A stretch of 64,000 nucleotides of DNA from assembly GCF_009914755.1 (NCBI RefSeq), contig NC_060930.1, one strand, 5' to 3'. Position numbers and translations under genes: made by a program. This stretch comes from the human T2T-CHM13v2.0 reference genome, Homo sapiens. The notes beneath the pieces are model-generated. The model was given only the letters and a program-made list of their open reading frames with translations. It did not search any database and was not told where the DNA came from. Numbering within the stretch: the stretch's first letter is position 1; every line of letters begins with the position of its first letter. Positions 29,225 to 42,017 of this stretch are shown here, piece by piece.

Positions 29225-32200
29225 GTCTTTCATCCATCTTGAGTTGATTTTTGTATAAAGTGAGAGATGAGGATCCAGTTTCATTCTTCTACATGTGGCT
29301 TGCCAATTATCCCAGCACCATTTGTTGAACAGGGTGTCCTTTCCTCACTCTATGTTTTGTTTGCTTTGTCGAAGATCAGTTGGCTGTTAAGTATGTGGGT
29401 TTATTTCTGGGTTCTCTATTCTGTTTCATTGGTCTAAGATCAGTACTATGCTCTTTCGATGACTATAGCTTTATAATATAGTTTGAAGTTGGGTAATGTG
29501 ATGCCTCCATATTTGTTCTTTTTGCTTAGTCTTGCTTTCGCTACATGGGCTCTTTCTTTGGTTCCATATTAATTTTAGGATTGTTTTCTAGTTCTGCGAA
29601 AAATGATGGTGGTATTTTGATGGAAATTGCATTGAATTTTTTATTGCTTTTGGCAGTACGGTCATTTTCACAATATTGGTTTTACCCATCCATGAGCATG
29701 GGATGTGTTTCCATCTTTTTTTGGTGTCATCTGTGATTTCTTTCAGCACTGTTTTTTACTTTTCCTTGTAGAGATCTTTCACCTCCTTGGTTAGGTACAT
29801 TCCTAAGTATTTTATTTTATGTTTTGCAGCTACTGTAAAGGGGGTTCAGTTCTTGGTTTGATTCTCAGCTTGGTCACTGTTGCTATTTAGCAGTGCTACT
29901 GATTTGTGTACATTGATTTTGCATCCAGAAACTCTACTGAATTAATTTATCAGATCTAGGAGCTTTTTGGATGAGTCTTTAGCGTTTTCTAGGTATACAA
30001 TCATATCATTGGCAAACAGTGACAGTTTGACTTCTTTACTGATTTGAATGTCCTTTATTTCTTTCCCTTGTGTGATTGCTATGGCTAGGACTTCCAGTAT
30101 TATGTTGAACAGAAGTGGTGAAAGTGGGCATCCTTGTCTTGTTCCAGTTCTCAGGGGGAGTTCTTTCAACTTTTCCCTGTTCAGTATAATGTTGGCTGTG
30201 GGTTTGTCACAGATGGCTCTTATTACCTTAAGGTATGTCCCTTCTACATCAATTTTGCTGAGGGTTTTAATCATAAAGGACGCTGGATTTTGTCAAATGC
30301 TTTTTCTCTTGAGATGACCATATGACTTTTATTTTTAATTCTGTTTAAGTTGTGTATCACACTTATTGACTTGCATATGTTAAACCATCCCTGCTTGATC
30401 ATGGTACATTATCTTTTTGATATGCTACTGGATTTGGTTAGCTAGTATTTTGTTGAGGATTTTTGCATTTATGTTAATCAGGGATATTGGTCTGCAGTTT
30501 TCTTTTTTTTTTGTTACGTCCTTTCCTGGCTTTGGTATTACGGTGATACGGGATTCATAGAATGATTTAGGAAAGATTCCCTTGTTCTCTATCTTTTGGA
30601 ATAGTGTCAGGAGGATTGGTAACAATTCTTCTTTGAATGTCTGATAGAATTCAGCTGTGAATCCATCTAGTCCTGGACTTATTTTTGATGGCAAATTTTT
30701 TATTACCATTTCAATCTTTGTGCTTGTTATTGGTCTGTTCAGAGTTTCTATTTTTATGCTGTTTTATCCAGAAGGATAGTATATTTCCAGCAATTTATCT
30801 ATCTCCTCTAGGTTTTCTGATTTGTATGCATAAAGGCTTTCACAGTAGTCTTGAACAATCTTTTGTATTTCTGTGGTTTGGTTGTAATATCCCCCATTTC
30901 ATTTCTAATTGAGCTTATTTGGATCTTCTCTCTTCTTTTCTTGGTTAATCTCACTAATGGTCTATCGATTTTGTTAATCTTTTCAAAGAACCAGCTTTTC
31001 ATTTCATTCATCTTTTGTATTTTTTTGTTGTTTCATTTAGGTCTGCTCTGATCTTTGTTATTTTTTCTCTTCTGCTGGGTTTGGGTTTGGTTTGTTCTTG
31101 TTTCTCTAGTTCCTTGAGGTGTGACCTTAGTTTGTCTGCCTGTGCTCTTTCAGATGATTGTAGGCATTTACGGCTATGAACCTTCCTCTTAGCACTGCTT
31201 TTGCTGTATCCCAGCAGTTTTGACAAGTTGCATCACTATTATCATCCAGTTCAAAGAATTTTTAAATTTCCATCTTGATTTCATTGTTGACCCAATGATC
31301 ATTTGGGATCAGTTTATTTAACTTCCATGTATTTACATGGTTTTGAGGGTTCCTTTTGGAGTTCCTTCATTTATGAAGCTTAGTTCCTCTGGATACAAAA
31401 TTCTTGGCTGATGATTGTTTTGTTTAAGGCGGCTAAAGATAGGACCCCAATCCCTTCTAGCTTCTAGGATTTCTGCTAAGAAATCTGCTGTTAATCTGAC
31501 AGATTTTCCTTTATAGGTTACCTGATGCTTTTGCCTCACAGCTCTTAAGATTCTTTCCTTCATCTTGACTTTAGATAACCTGATGATGTGACTAGGTGAT
31601 GATCTTTTTGTGATGAATTTCCCAGGTGTTCTTTGAGCTTCTTATATTTGGATGTCTGTATCTCTAGCAAGACCAGGGACGTTTCCCTAGATTATTCCCT
31701 CAAGTATGTTTTCCAAACTTTTGGATTTCTCTTCTTCCAGGAACACCAATTATTCTTAGATTTGGTCATTTAACATAATACCAAACTTCTGAGAGGCTTT
31801 GTTCATTAAAAAAATTTTTTCTTTGTCTTTGTCGGCTTGGGTCAATTAGAAAGCCTTGTCTTTCAGCTCTTATGTTCTTTCTTTTACTTGTTTGAGTCTA
31901 TTGGTAAGACTTTCCAGTGTATTTTGCATTTCCCTAAATGTGTCCTTCATTTCCAGAAGTTGTGATTGTTTTTTTTCATGCTGCTTCTCTGGAGATTTTT
32001 CCATCCATATCCTGTATCATTTAAAAAATTTCTTTAAGTTGGTATTCACCTTTCTCTGGTGCCTCCTTGAGTAGCTAAATAATTGACCTTCAGAATTCTT
32101 TTTCTGGCAATTCAGAGATTTCTTCTTGGTTTGGATCCATTGCTGGTGAGCTAGTGTGATCTTTTGGGGGTGTTAAAGAACCTTGTTTTGTCATATTACC

Positions 32201-33752
32201 AGAATTGTTTTTCTGGCTCCTTCTCATTTGGGTAGATTATGTCAGAGGGGAAGATCTGTGGCTCAAGGACTATTGTTCAGATTCTTCTGTCCCACGGGAT
32301 GCCCCTGATGTGGTGCTCTCCCCATTCCCCTAAGGATGGGGCTTCCTGAGAGCTGTGATCGTTGTTTTTCTTCTGGGCCCAGCCACCCAGCAGAGCCACC
32401 AGGCTCCGTGTTGGTACTGGGGAGTTTCTGCAGAGTCTGGTGATGTGATCCGTCTTCAGGTCTCTCAGCCATGGATACCAGCCCCTGCGCTGGTGGAGGT
32501 AGCAGGGGAGTGAAGTGGATTCTGTGATGGTCCTTGGTTGTAGTTTTGTTTAGTGTGCTGGTTTTGTGTTGGTTGGTTTCCAGCCAGAAGGTGGTGCTTT
32601 CAAGAGAACATAAGCTGTGGTAGAATAGGGAGGGTACAAGCTTGCCCTAGGGTCACCTGGATAAGTATTCAGGTTTCTTAGGTGGTGGGCAGGGCCACAG
32701 AGCTCCCAAGAGATTATATCCTTTGTCTTAAGGTACCAGGACAGGTAGAGAAAGACCATGGTGGTGGTGGGGGGCACCCGCAGGATTAGGTATGTCTGAA
32801 CTCAGACTCTCTTTGGGCGGGGCTTGCTGCAACTGCTGTGTGGGATGGGAATGTGGTTCTCAGGCTGATGGAGTTACTTTCCCAGGAGGATTATGGCTGC
32901 CACTGCTGTGTCATATAGGTCACCAGGGAAGTGAAGGAAAGGCAGTAGTTACAGACCTCACCCAGTTCCCATGCATCCCAAAATGCCACTCTCGTTCCCA
33001 CTCTACCCCTCAGTAGCAAAGAGTTTATTTCCAGGCAGCCAGTGAGCAGGGTTGAGAACTTGCCCCAGGCTACAAGCCTCCCTTCTGAGAAAGCAAGCAG
33101 GGCTTTTAGGTTTTGCACCTTCCCACCTGCTGTGGATTCTGTGCTCATATCTGCACTCCTCATTTGCTCCCTCCTTTGGATTCTGTCCAGGAAACTTTGC
33201 CTTCAGTTGAAATTGTTACAGACTTCAGCTAGAAGTTTCCTTCTCCTTGTTGTCTTTCTTCAATTCCACTGGCAGCCCTCCCCAAGGACTCCTGCAAGAC
33301 AGTCAGGAATGCAGGAATGGCTTCCCTGAGGACCAAGAGTGCCCACAGGGCTCTTCCCACTGCTTCCTCTACCCCTATATTTCACTCGGCTCTCTAAATT
33401 TGTCTCAGCTCCAGGTAAGGTCAAATCCTTTTCTGGTGATCTGGACCTTCAGGTTCCCCAGTGAGGATGTGTGTTCAGGGGTGGACATTCCCTCTCTCAC
33501 TCTTTGGGCACTAAGTTTTTCAGCTGTCTCACAGAGCATGTAGCAGCAAGCTGCCCCCTCTAACAGGTCTGTGGATTCTCTTGGCTTTTCTGGTAGTAGT
33601 TCTTGGAGCAAAAGTTCACAGTGTGATTCTCTGTGCACTGCTCTGTCCGTCCAAGTGGGAGCTGCAAGTTAGTCCTGCCTCCTATCTGCCATTTTGAGAC
33701 AGCATCAACACAGTTATGGAAACAAGCTTTAAATGCTGATGACTGCTTCTCC

Positions 33753-34340
33753 TTGCTAAGCTTTTTATGTCTATAGGTTGTCTTTAATTAGAGGAAAACT
33801 ACTAGCCCATTATTTCTTCAAATATTTCTTCACCCATATTTTCTGTTTTCCTTCTGCAATTCCAGTTGCATGTTTAATCCATTTCACAGGGACACACAGA
33901 TATGACTCTTTCTTCTTCCCATGCCTCCTCTTCATCTTTGTTTCAATTTGAATAATCTGTATAATTTTTATTGTTTTGCCCTCCAGTTCAGTGGTCCTTT
34001 CTTTTAAGGTGTCCTATCTGTTGTTATCTGCTGTTATCTGTTGTTAGGTCCATCTAATGAATTTTCATTTTATCTGTTATAATCTTCAGGTCTAGACTAT
34101 AATTCATTTATTTTTTAGGATTTCCATTTAAGAGAAATGGAAATCCTGACTTCCATGAAATTCTCCATCTTTGCACTCCTTTTGCTCATGGTTCCTCATA
34201 AGTTATTTAACATATGTGTAACAGATATTTTAAAATTCTTGCCTGCTAATGCCAACATTTTGATTATCTGTAGGATTCCTTTTATTCATTGTTCTTTTTC
34301 TTTGTTATGGGTCATCTATTTCTGCTAATTCACATGCCTC
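33753..34340 (-). mobile_element. Ancient L1M fragment (continuation)
   Basis: CATTATTTCTTCAAATATTTCTTC... typical antisense L1M ORF1 region. Confidence 0.6.
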
Positions 34341-36647
34341 AGAATTTGATTATAGGTTAGAACTGCCAGACATGTAATCAGTAGACTGAAATAGCAAACG
34401 TCTTCCCTCAGAAAAGGCTCACCATTTCCTTTTTCAGAAAGCTAGGGTGAGGGGTAGATCTCTTTTCAAATCAGGAGCTGACTTGGGTTGGGACTGGGCT
34501 GTTGCTTAGTTAATTTCAATACACCTATTATAACTCTCCCCAAAATGAGATGAGTTATTCCTTCTAGGGGGACTTTGGGATTTAAACTTCTAGAGATTAT
34601 GGGAACTCTCTCTGCCTTACTCCCAGTTTCCTGTCTGTGCTTAAGCTTCAAAAGTCCTCTTGGGGAGAACTGATAGGCGGAGAGGACTGAGTGACATTTG
34701 GGATCTTTCAGATTCCAATCTATCATGCCAGTCCACATAGTCCTTAGAAGTTCAGCTAATCTCTCCTTGCCTCAGCAGTAGCTCTGATTATAGAAGGCTT
34801 GCTCCTCTGTTTGCCTGGTTTCTATCTCAATAAATGTTCCCATGTATTTAAGTGACTGTTTGTCTTTACTTCTTTATGCAGTAGGGTTCATTTCTCTTTG
34901 CAATTTATTTTATTTAGAATTCTCTGTGACCACATCTCTTTGATGGCTTTTTAGTTTATGTGAGGTCTTCTCAATAATATGGTAAGAGTGATGATCATTA
35001 CAATGTACATATTAATTAGAAGCAAAACTCTACTTCCAATTATTTATATGGTTGCTTTTTAAAATTTTCTTGTTTTCGGTCTATTTCAGTGGATACTCCT
35101 TTTTTTTCTTGCCTGTTGATCTTGAATTCTTGTTTTCAATTTTACCAACACTTAAAATCTGCTATTAGTTCCCTTCTGGATTCTAACAGTAATAAATACA
35201 TTTATTATTTATCCAAATAAATTTATGTCTAAACCTCTCTCCAACCAAGATACTATACATACCAATATCTCCTTGCTCCACATCAAGATTAAACTTTTAG
35301 AAGGCTTTTATTTCTCTATTCTTTTTATATAGTTAAGTTTAAAGAGATAAAAATGCATGGGAATTTGTAGAAGTGCTAAGTGTGAATTTATGAAACAAAA
35401 TGATATAGTGTAAGAAAACACCTAATTTTTTCCTCTATGCCTAACAGAAAAATCTAATGTTTTCCTCTGTCTTGAGATTTCTGTTTCATTGAATTGTCAT
35501 TTGGTTACAGTACTCTCTAAATCCTTGTATATCCAAATATGCCTTCCTTTGGATAAGAAACCCTTTATCTTGGTTGCCTATATGTTATTCCACTATCAGC
35601 CAGCTTCTAGTGTTTTAGATATGTCAGGTGCTCATGTGATTTTCTTTCCTATGTAAAGAACCTGTTCCTCCTCTATAGAAGCTTGTGATATTTTTCCTTT
35701 ACCTAGGAAATCAGGAATTTCACTAGAGTACGGCTGAATGCCTTTGTTATCATTAATCTTTTCCCGGGACTTGATAAACCCTTTGACCTGAAGAGTCTTA
35801 TCATTCTTCTGCTCAGGGAAATTTTATTCTATTATTTAATTTTATAGCTCATCTTTACCTTCACAACTTTTATCTTCATGATAATCTTTTCAACTAATCT
35901 TCTATGTGAACATCCTTTCTACTCTAGAGATTTTAACATTTGAAGTCATATAGTTTAGTTTCTTTCTAAAGATCTACAAAGACTAAGACAAGAAGGCTAG
36001 CAAACCCTGGAGTATATATCAGAATGAAGTTTTCCTGGGATCTCAGTGCCAATATGTCAAGGCAAAGGGTTGGGGTGGGAGGACTTTGTTCTACTCGGTG
36101 TTGAGCAAGGATCTGTGCAGGGTAAGCAGGCTTTTTCCAAAGGTGTGAGTAGAAAATTAAGTTTTCAGAGTTCATTGAGGGCTTTCAGCCAGCAGAAGCT
36201 ATAAATCCCCTTGGAAATGGGCAATATCTGTAAGTTTAATGTTTGTAGTACAATAAGGGCCTAGCAGATCCTATGAATCATAATAACCCTAAAAAGGGTC
36301 TATACACCTGGAAGAAATGGTTTCTGGAAGAACTGGCATTCAGTCCCAGTCATTGGGAGATGGCTGTAACTTGCAACTGATGAGACTTGAGAAGAGAGCC
36401 TTACTCCTGTGCCCCAGCAGAGGGGTATCAGTTGGGCAGGTTTGATTTTGCTACAACTCAGACTTCCATCAGTATAGCTGGGGCAATAGACCATGAAGAG
36501 GCAAAGAAAATAATTTTCTTCAAGAGCCTCAGTAGCCTGAAGAAGAAGAAATAAACTAGAACTGGTAGTGATACTGATGACAATAGAAGAATTAGAGAGT
36601 CTTTTAAATTAAACCAAAACAAACAAAAAACAACTATTAAGATTTCT

Positions 36648-36950
36648 TGCCAGGTGCAGTGGCTCATGTCTGTAATTCCAGCACTTGGGGAGGCTGAGGC
36701 AGAATTGTTTAAGCCCGGGAGTCTGAGACTAGCCCTGGCAACATAGCGAGACCCTGTCTCTACCGGAAAAAAAAAGAAAAAAAAAAAGAAAAAAAAAATT
36801 AGCTGGATGTGGGTGTGCATGTGTAGTCCAGCTACTTGGGAGGATGGCTTGAGTTGAGCCTGGGAGGTCAAGGCTTCAGTGAGCTATGGTTGCACCACTG
36901 CACTCCAGCCCAGGTGACAGGGTGAGACTTTGTCAAATACACACAAAAGT
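36648..36950 (+). mobile_element. AluJ, diverged
   Basis: Alu dimer with expanded middle A-tract. Confidence 0.9.
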
Positions 36951-37404
36951 TTAAGTTAATTACTAAACAACAAGATAACCCTATTTTAAAGGAAGGAAAC
37001 AGTGGCTTTCAGAAAGTAAATTAGAAGGTAGGTAACATTCCTAAGGTCATATAACTAAAAGCAGCAGTACCTGGACTGACACCCACACCTCTAAGCCACA
37101 AACCCTTCAGACCCATTTATGTGTTTGTTTAGCCCCTGTGGTTGGGACCTGATTTTTTTCATCTTCATATCCACAGTGCCTAACCCAAATGCTTAAAATA
37201 CAGAAGGTCTTCAAGAATTGACTCAAATATTAACTGAATGAATCTATTCTCCTATGCCACATTCACCAGATTCATATGCTACAATGCAGTGTTAGGTGTA
37301 TTAGTCATCAGAATGCCTGAGTTAACGTACTAGGACTGTTTTAAAAAACGTTAATTTACCCTTTGGTAATGTTCCTAAACTTAGTGCAAAACTGAAATGT
37401 TTTA

Positions 37405-37739
37405 CAGTCATGTGCTGAGTAATGATGTTTTAGTCAATGACAGATCGCATATACAATGAGGGTCTCATAAGATTATAATACTGCATTTTGCTGTACCTTT
37501 TCTATGTTTAGATACACAATTTTTACCATTGTATTACAACTGCCTATGGCATTAGGTATGGTCACATGCTGTACAGGTTTGTAGTGTAGGAACAGTTGGC
37601 CATACCATATAGCTTAGGTGTAGTAGGCTATACTATCTAGGTTTGTGTAAGTACACTCTATGATATTTGCATAATGAAAAAAATCACCTAACTATGCATT
37701 TCTTAAAATGTATCGCCACTGTTAAGCAATGCGTGACTA
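37405..37739 (+). mobile_element. Tigger3a (MER7A)
   Basis: TIRs CAGTCATGTGCTG...GCAATGCGTGACTA; about 335 bp. Confidence 0.8.
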
Positions 37740-38329
37740 TACTTAAACATTTCCCTAATTTCCCAGATACTAATACAGTCTAGAGAAGATAATAAAAGAA
37801 ATTTTATGTTTCTTGGGAGACACTTTTAGTATTTATTTTGTAGAAAATCAGATCATGACATTTTATTCCATTGTACCTAATCTGAACAGCTGAAAGCATA
37901 CATTTTTTAGTTTTCCTAAACCCTACCAACCTTTAACTCAGGACTACGATCAAAGAAAGAAGAACAAAGACAAACAGATAGGCTGCAAAACAAAAACAGA
38001 CAGGAACATGTGCCAAGTTTTGAAGACAGAACATATGTCCAGCAATCTTATGTATCATTACCAAGTGGTTACAAGCTACTTGCTAAGCACAAGGCACTGT
38101 TCTGGGAACAGGAGAAGCTCTAACCTCCCTTTCATGACATCTTAAGAGTTACTTGTTTCGGGCAATATGATACCTATGCATCCTATGTCAGTTTTGGCAA
38201 TCCCCGGGGATCTTTCTATATAGAACAGAGATAGAATTATGGTTTGATTATCTGTGCCTATGAAAACATGAGATTTATTACATTCCAGTAGAATACAGTT
38301 ACTGAAGGCAGAGATCTTTTCTGCTAGTT

Positions 38330-38331
<2 letters not shown>

Positions 38332-38377
<46 letters not shown>

Positions 38378-38658
38378 TGAGATGGAGTCTTGCTCTGTTG
38401 CCTAGGCTGGAGTGCAGTGGCGCAATCTCGGCTTACTGCAAGCTCCACCTCCAGGTTCACGCCATTCTCCTGCCTCAGCCTCCCGAGTAGCTGGGACTAC
38501 AGGTGCCCGCCATCACGCCTGGCTAATTTTTTGTATTTTTAGTAGAGACGGGGTCTCAGTGTGTTAGCCAGGCTGGTCTCGATCTCCTGACCTCGTGATC
38601 CACCCGCCTCAGCCTCCCAAAGTGCTGGGATTACAGGCGTGAGCCACCGCGCTCGGCC
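38332..38658 (-). mobile_element. AluY with A/(TA)n tail
   Basis: 16-bp TSD CTTTTCTGCTAGTTTA at 38316-38331 and 38659-38674. Confidence 0.95.
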
Positions 38659-39023
38659 CTTTTCTGCTAGTTTAATGTGAAGAAGTTATCTGTACTGAGA
38701 CTGCAAGCCTTTCTTAAGAACTGGAAAAGAAGGTAAACTATGTTTTGCAGATAATATAATTTTATATCTAGTAAGTCCAAAAGAATCAATGCTAAAATTA
38801 ACACAATCAGTACCAGAACTAATAAACTGGAAAGTCAGCATCATATAAAATTTAATATACAAACGTCAATTTCTCTTACATATTCAAACAAATTAGAAGA
38901 TACAATGAAAGAGAATATTTCACTTATAAGGGCAATATAAATAATAATATGAATAAATACAACAAAAAATGTGTAAAACAGTATGAAGAACACCTTAAAA
39001 TACTTCTGAAAAACACAAAAGTC

Positions 39024-39366
39024 CAGGTGGCCCTTGACTTATGAAGGTCTGACTTAACAATTTTTCAACTTTACCATACTTTGAAAGTAACATGCTTTCA
39101 GTGGAAAGCATACTTTGAGTACCCATACAACTACTCAGTTTTTCACTTTCAGTGGAATATTCAATAAACTACATGAGATATTCAACACTTAATTATAAAA
39201 TAGGCTTTGTCTTAGATGATGTGGCCCAACTGTATGCTAATGTAAGTGTTCTGAGCATGTTTAAGGCAGGCTAGGCTAAAGTATGATGTTTGGTAGGTTT
39301 GGATGCTTTTCTGACATATTATGGGTTTACTGGGCTATAACTCTATTGTAAGTCGAGGAGTATCTA
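39024..39366 (+). mobile_element. MER47A-type Tigger MITE
   Basis: TIRs CAGGTGGCCCTTGACTTATGA / TTGTAAGTCGAGGAGTATCT. Confidence 0.75.
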
Positions 39367-40848
39367 GTTGGAACATCCCATGTTGTGTGACAAGACAATG
39401 TAGCATCATATAAATGTGAGCTCTCCCCAAGACAATATATAAATTTAATATGATTTTAATTTTTAAAAAGTTTTTTTTTCCAGCACTAGACAAGTTGATT
39501 CTGAAAATCATATAGAAGAACATGTAAGAATACCTTAAAAAAATCCCGAGGGGAAAAAAACGAGCAACCACTGGAAATAAACACTACTCAATATTAGTAT
39601 ATATCATAAAAAGCCTCTGTAACTAAAATAATGCAATATTAACACGAGTAGCCATGTAGATGAACAGAATAGATTAAAATGTTTAGAAAAAGATTCAAGT
39701 ACATATGGTTTATGAAGAAGAAGAGATGTTTTCATATACATGGTGTTGGGACAATATGTTGGGGACAAGTGGATGGACATTTTGAAAAATAAATTGAATC
39801 CATACTTTGCAACATTTGTACTGCAAAGTCAAAAGCCAAATGACAAAATGGGAAAAATATTTGTAGCCTTTATTATTGATAAATGACAAGGCTCCCTATT
39901 ATGTCAAACGAAAGCATACAAATATACAATAAAGACAACTGGGAATATCAATATAAACTTGATTTTGTAAAAATATATTTTCAAGTTATGTTCACTGAAA
40001 GGATCTAGAAGGAATGATTCCCCAATAGCAATGAGTGTACTTAGTCCCAGATTTTAGTTTCTAAATTGCATTACCTACTAATAGTATCAGAGTTCTTTGG
40101 AGAAATGACTGATTCCAGCTCTGGGGTAGGGATAGTACCAGATGAACTTAGGACATTATAAGCACAGAAGTGCTCAAAGGCTAACTGGTTCATATCAAAG
40201 GACATAAGAGCAGGAATGAATGGGCTCTCCTTTGCCAAATTGGGGACAATTTGAGCCACACTCAAAAAATGTTAGAAAAGTAGTACAACAAATTGAATGA
40301 AAAAAACCCATAGTACTCATATAGAAAGAAAGACAGGAATGGGGGGCGGGGCGGGGCGCAGTGGTGGGGGCAAAGAAAACACTCTACTGAAGAATAAGGT
40401 GATAACAGCACTAGAAAACACCATTTTGTATCCTCAGCCCACTACAATAATTATTTCAGGCTAGGATCATCAATGGACACTGAAATCACTAAGTAGGGTT
40501 ACTAAGCCCACTAAGTAAGGAACACACACAAAGAACAAAGGAAGGTTGGGAACAAGATATTCACATGGCCTTAAAGTATCATTCCACAGATTATTCAACA
40601 ATTACAAAGAAAAGAAAATTAATTTTTACAATGAAGAGATCTGGTGTTCACCACCTTAATTAAGGACTAAACTTGACAACACCAAAAGTGGGACAAGCTG
40701 ACATGATATGCACCCGATATGATGCAAACCATTTACATGTACTTTGTAGATTTTTTTTATAGTATTTTTGCCAAAAAAGTTTAGCCTGAATATAATCAGG
40801 ATGAAATACATTCAAAATGTTGGACATTTTATAAGACAGTGGGTCGAA

Positions 40849-41211
<363 letters not shown>

Positions 41212-41549
41212 CTAGATTAACTGATATTAATGACACGACAAGCAATTTAAGTATGAATCTGGACTGGATGCTGAATAAAATAAGCAAGCAAACAAAAAAC
41301 TGCTTGAGACTTATTTGACACAATTACGGAAATCTGAATACGAACTGTTTATTAGATTAGAATCTTGGTTATTTTTCTTAGGTATGATAATGGTACTGTG
41401 GTTAGACAGTAAAATATCCTTACTTTAGCAAATGTATGATGAAGTTTTGGGAAGGAAGAAGAAAATGCAAATTTAGGGGTTTTATTTTACATTTTTCCAA
41501 TTTTTTATGGTTAAAAAAAATTTCAAAATAAAGTTGGGGAATAATAGGC

Positions 41550-41656
41550 CCTGAATAGACATTTAATTATCTTACAGTAGGCAAACTGAATCTTCAACAG
41601 TTTTGCCTGAATAGACGATTATCTTACAGTAGGCCACCGAATCTTTAACAGTTTTG
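41550..41656. repeat. Two-copy tandem duplication, about 50-57 bp unit
   Basis: CCTGAATAGAC..ATTATCTTACAGTAGGC..GAATCTT.AACAGTTTTG occurs twice. Confidence 0.9.
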
Positions 41657-41701
41657 AACACTGTAAAATATTCCACATAAGCAGAGTAATCTGGCTTTGA
41701 G

Positions 41702-41702
<1 letters not shown>

Positions 41703-41740
<38 letters not shown>

Positions 41741-42017
41741 TGATACAGGGTCTTGCTTGGTTGCCCAGGATGGAGTGCAGCGGCATAATCATGGCTCACT
41801 GCAGCCTTGATCTCCTGGGCTCAAGTGATGCTTCCACCTCAGCCACCCGAGTAGTGGGACTACAGGCATGTACCACCACACTCAGCTACTTTTTAAATTT
41901 TTTTGTAGTAACGGGGTCTCACTATGTTGCCCAGGCTTGTCTTGAATTCCTGGCCTCAAGCAATCTTCCTGCCCCAACCTCCCAAAGTACCAGGCGCATG
42001 AACCACTGAGCCCAGCC
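41703..42017 (-). mobile_element. AluJ with (TAAA)n tail
   Basis: Antisense Alu with J diagnostics. Confidence 0.92.

Larger units (their letters stand above)
26082..33752 (-). mobile_element. Near full-length L1PB-type LINE, sense to AHI1, with internal deletions
   Basis: L1PB 3' end at about 26110; ORF2 peptides ([33 protein letters not shown]); ORF1 peptide (KERILRAVRQKHQVTYKG); 5'UTR start ATGGCAGATAGGAGGCAGGAC; TSD TTGCTAAGCTTTT at 26069-26081 and 33753-33765. Confidence 0.9.

Noticed and set aside
29942-31563. Reverse-transcriptase and ORF1-like peptides
   Set aside because: Fragments of a dead L1PB with frameshifts and deletions.
34015-34046. TATCTG(T/C)TGT x3
   Set aside because: Trivial 10-bp slippage repeat.
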